DNA of 64,000 bases from contig NC_087437.1 of assembly GCF_036321535.1 (NCBI RefSeq), forward strand, positions 50,780,001 through 50,844,000. The letters run 5' to 3'. This DNA is from Camelus dromedarius. Lineage: Eukaryota. Position 1 is the first letter of the stretch, and every line of letters begins with the position of its first letter. The notes below the pieces were generated by a model that saw only the letters and a list, made by a program, of their open reading frames with translations, was not told where the DNA came from and made no database searches. A program made the position numbers and the translations under genes. Of this stretch, positions 62,347 through 64,000 are shown piece by piece.

Positions 62347-62774
62347 TCAATCTTCACTGTAGATGTCCCCAGCAAAGGGCAGATGCATGTGGCTGTCGGT
62401 GACATTGGGCAATCGAGATAAGTCTGGCAGGCTCTGGATCTGGGACCTGAGTTCTTTGCACACCAGGGAAACTCTGGATGACTTGCACTTGTATTCTTCC
62501 AATTTGTGCTCTTTCTCTGCGAGGGCTTCCTTTTGACAACCAAGAAAATCTGCTCACTTTCAAGTAAGTTGCTTCCAATCATCTATTTCAGCCACCAATC
62601 TGCCATTGTAATCTGCCAGCAACACACAAGCATCCTCTACCATTTTAGAAAGCCTTTCTCTAGATTCTTTATCTGTTATTTTATCTAATAGGGATACTTG
62701 AACTTCAACAGGCAAAGAAGCTATCCTTTGATGAAATGCTGCACACCTGAAGCTGCATTTTCTAGATCTTGTAA
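62347..62774 (-). pseudogene. RPRD1A: Processed pseudogene of RPRD1A (p15RS), 5'-truncated, C-terminal coding part
   Basis: Manual translation LQDLENAASG/fs/AAFHQRIASLPVEVQVSLLDKITDKESRERLSKMVEDACVLLADYNGRLVAEIDDWKQLT*K*ADFLGCQKEALAEKEHKLEEYKCKSSRVSLVCKELRSQIQSLPDLSRLPNVTDSHMHLPFAGDIYSED* matches the RPRD1A C-terminus as I recall it. Intronless; 1-nt deletion at ~62744, codon deletion at ~62697, stops at 62560-62562 and 62554-62556. Confidence 0.92.
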
Positions 62775-63504
62775 TTTAACATTTAAGCTTTTTCTTGGAG
62801 GCCTGGTTTATTGTTTGAAATCTGGAAACTTAGACAGGTTGTTAATCCTACAGGTTTTTCCAAGGGCAGGCAATGTAGGACCCTGGCCTGGAGGCCAGCA
62901 CAGTGAACTGGAGGGCTAAAGCTTTAGTACTGCATTCATTGAAAGCAAACCAAACCCCTGGGCTAACAGGCTCAGTCACAACCTGCAGACACACTGGAAA
63001 CAGGAAACCTTGAATCCTTCAGTGGGAGATCCTCTCTGAGACCAGAAGGATAACACTTGTTGGAGGCAATACTCCCCTCTCGTGTGCTTTTCTATCCTGT
63101 GCCCACCAGTGGGAAAGTCTGAAGAGAGTCCACAGTGCTGAGAGTCAGCAACACTCAGGCAGCTGGGTTCTACTCCTGAGTTTTCATTTGGAGCACCAAA
63201 AAGGTGAAAGCAGAGGGGTGGCCCCAGGAACAAGAACGCACACTCTTACCCAAGGCGGCAAACTCACATCAGGATCAGCCTACAACCCTTCCAGAACAGA
63301 CCCCCACAGGCAGAAGCTGGGAAGGAGCAAGAAGAAGAGAAGCAGCACTGATAGTGCCTATGATGGAGCAGGGCAAGTGGGGAGAGGATGCTGCCCCTGC
63401 ATCTAAAGCTATTCTCACTATCCCTGCTTCTCAAGTTTCTCCCCTCCAAAAGATTCTAAGCACTCATAAGGCACTACTTAGACATTCATCTTCTACTGGT
63501 CCTG

Positions 63505-63620
63505 TGGAGTAAGTATTATTATCTTCATTTTACATATGAGGGAACCGAGACTCAGAGGCAAAGTGATGTGCTAAAAGCTACACAGCTGTTTGCTGGCAAA
63601 GCCTGAATGCAGCCTAACTT
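63505..63620 (-). mobile_element. MIR remnant
   Basis: tattattatcttcattttacatatgagggaaccgagactcagagg..aagtga. Confidence 0.65.
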
Positions 63621-64000
63621 CACATCTGGAACGGCAGGAATTGCCATTGATGTTTTCCACATTAGAGAGATGGTCACCTCTAAATCAATATTATTTAGAC
63701 ACTAATTCTAAGGAATCTTGATATCATAAATGATCACTCTACAACATGGATAGTCATTATCACCATGAAAACACTTTGGTTAATATTTGCCTGTCACCCT
63801 TCACCAAAGCTGGCATTTCACATCATAAATACAGCAACATCCATTCAGTCTTTAGAGCACCACATTATCCCTGAATAATGCTGTCATTTCTAATTACATA
63901 ATTACCTTTACTGCTGCACTAGGCACAGTGTCTAGAGAGCCTAACAGAAAAATGGCTCAGACCCAGTTAATTCACTTTTAGGGTAGATGAAGTCACTACT

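Larger units (their letters stand above)
1..64000 (-). other. MCF2L2: Partial MCF2L2 gene body (intron 1 through intron 4); exon 1 and exon 5 onward lie outside the window
   Basis: Three spliceable exons in the correct order on the minus strand join to DEIMQQEIRPLLAVDIIEQLHRQFAILSGGQGKDGAPIITFPEFVGFKHISHEDFLNVMTYLTSIPSVEAASIGFIIVIDRRRDKWSSIKASLTRIA. I recognise this as the MCF2L2 N-terminal Sec14/CRAL-TRIO region. No canonical exon-1 peptide or CpG island seen, so the upstream extent is inferred. Confidence 0.88.

Noticed and set aside
62286..62582. 98-aa and 74-aa minus-strand ORFs as novel proteins
   Set aside because: They are alternative frames of the RPRD1A pseudogene
54000..64000. MCF2L2 exon 1 or a CpG-island promoter
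   Set aside because: No CpG island or canonical N-terminal peptide found; only mild CpG enrichment near 55000-55380 and 59200-59480

Overview
Repeat-dense mammalian genomic DNA, most likely camelid. The basis is five copies of a short tRNA-derived vic-1-type SINE and camelid-type L1 3' ends; I recognised no Alu, PRE-1 or Bov-tA/BovB. The window appears to lie inside the 5' part of MCF2L2 (ARHGEF22, Dbl-family RhoGEF) on the minus strand. Three coding exons are clearly readable with AG/GT boundaries and compatible phases: 35591-35508 (84 nt), 26698-26584 (115 nt) and 1598-1508 (91 nt). Together they encode the start of the Sec14/CRAL-TRIO domain; exon 1 and exon 5 are not in the window. Intron 1 holds a disabled, 5'-truncated processed pseudogene of RPRD1A (~60777-62775, sense to the host). 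The rest is layered L1, L2, MIR, MaLR/ERVL LTRs and hAT/Tigger MITEs. I see no prokaryotic-type system and no convincing new protein-coding gene. The best leads are a frame-compatible candidate alternative first exon (46811-46670), a candidate in-frame 33-nt cassette microexon (29172-29140), an R->Q change in the conserved SGGR Sec14 motif, an L1-mobilised poly(A)-tailed LTR fragment, an orphan mini-retrocopy and a twin-primed L1. Repeat subfamily names are from visual recognition, not a RepeatMasker run, and repeat boundaries are approximate unless a TSD is given.
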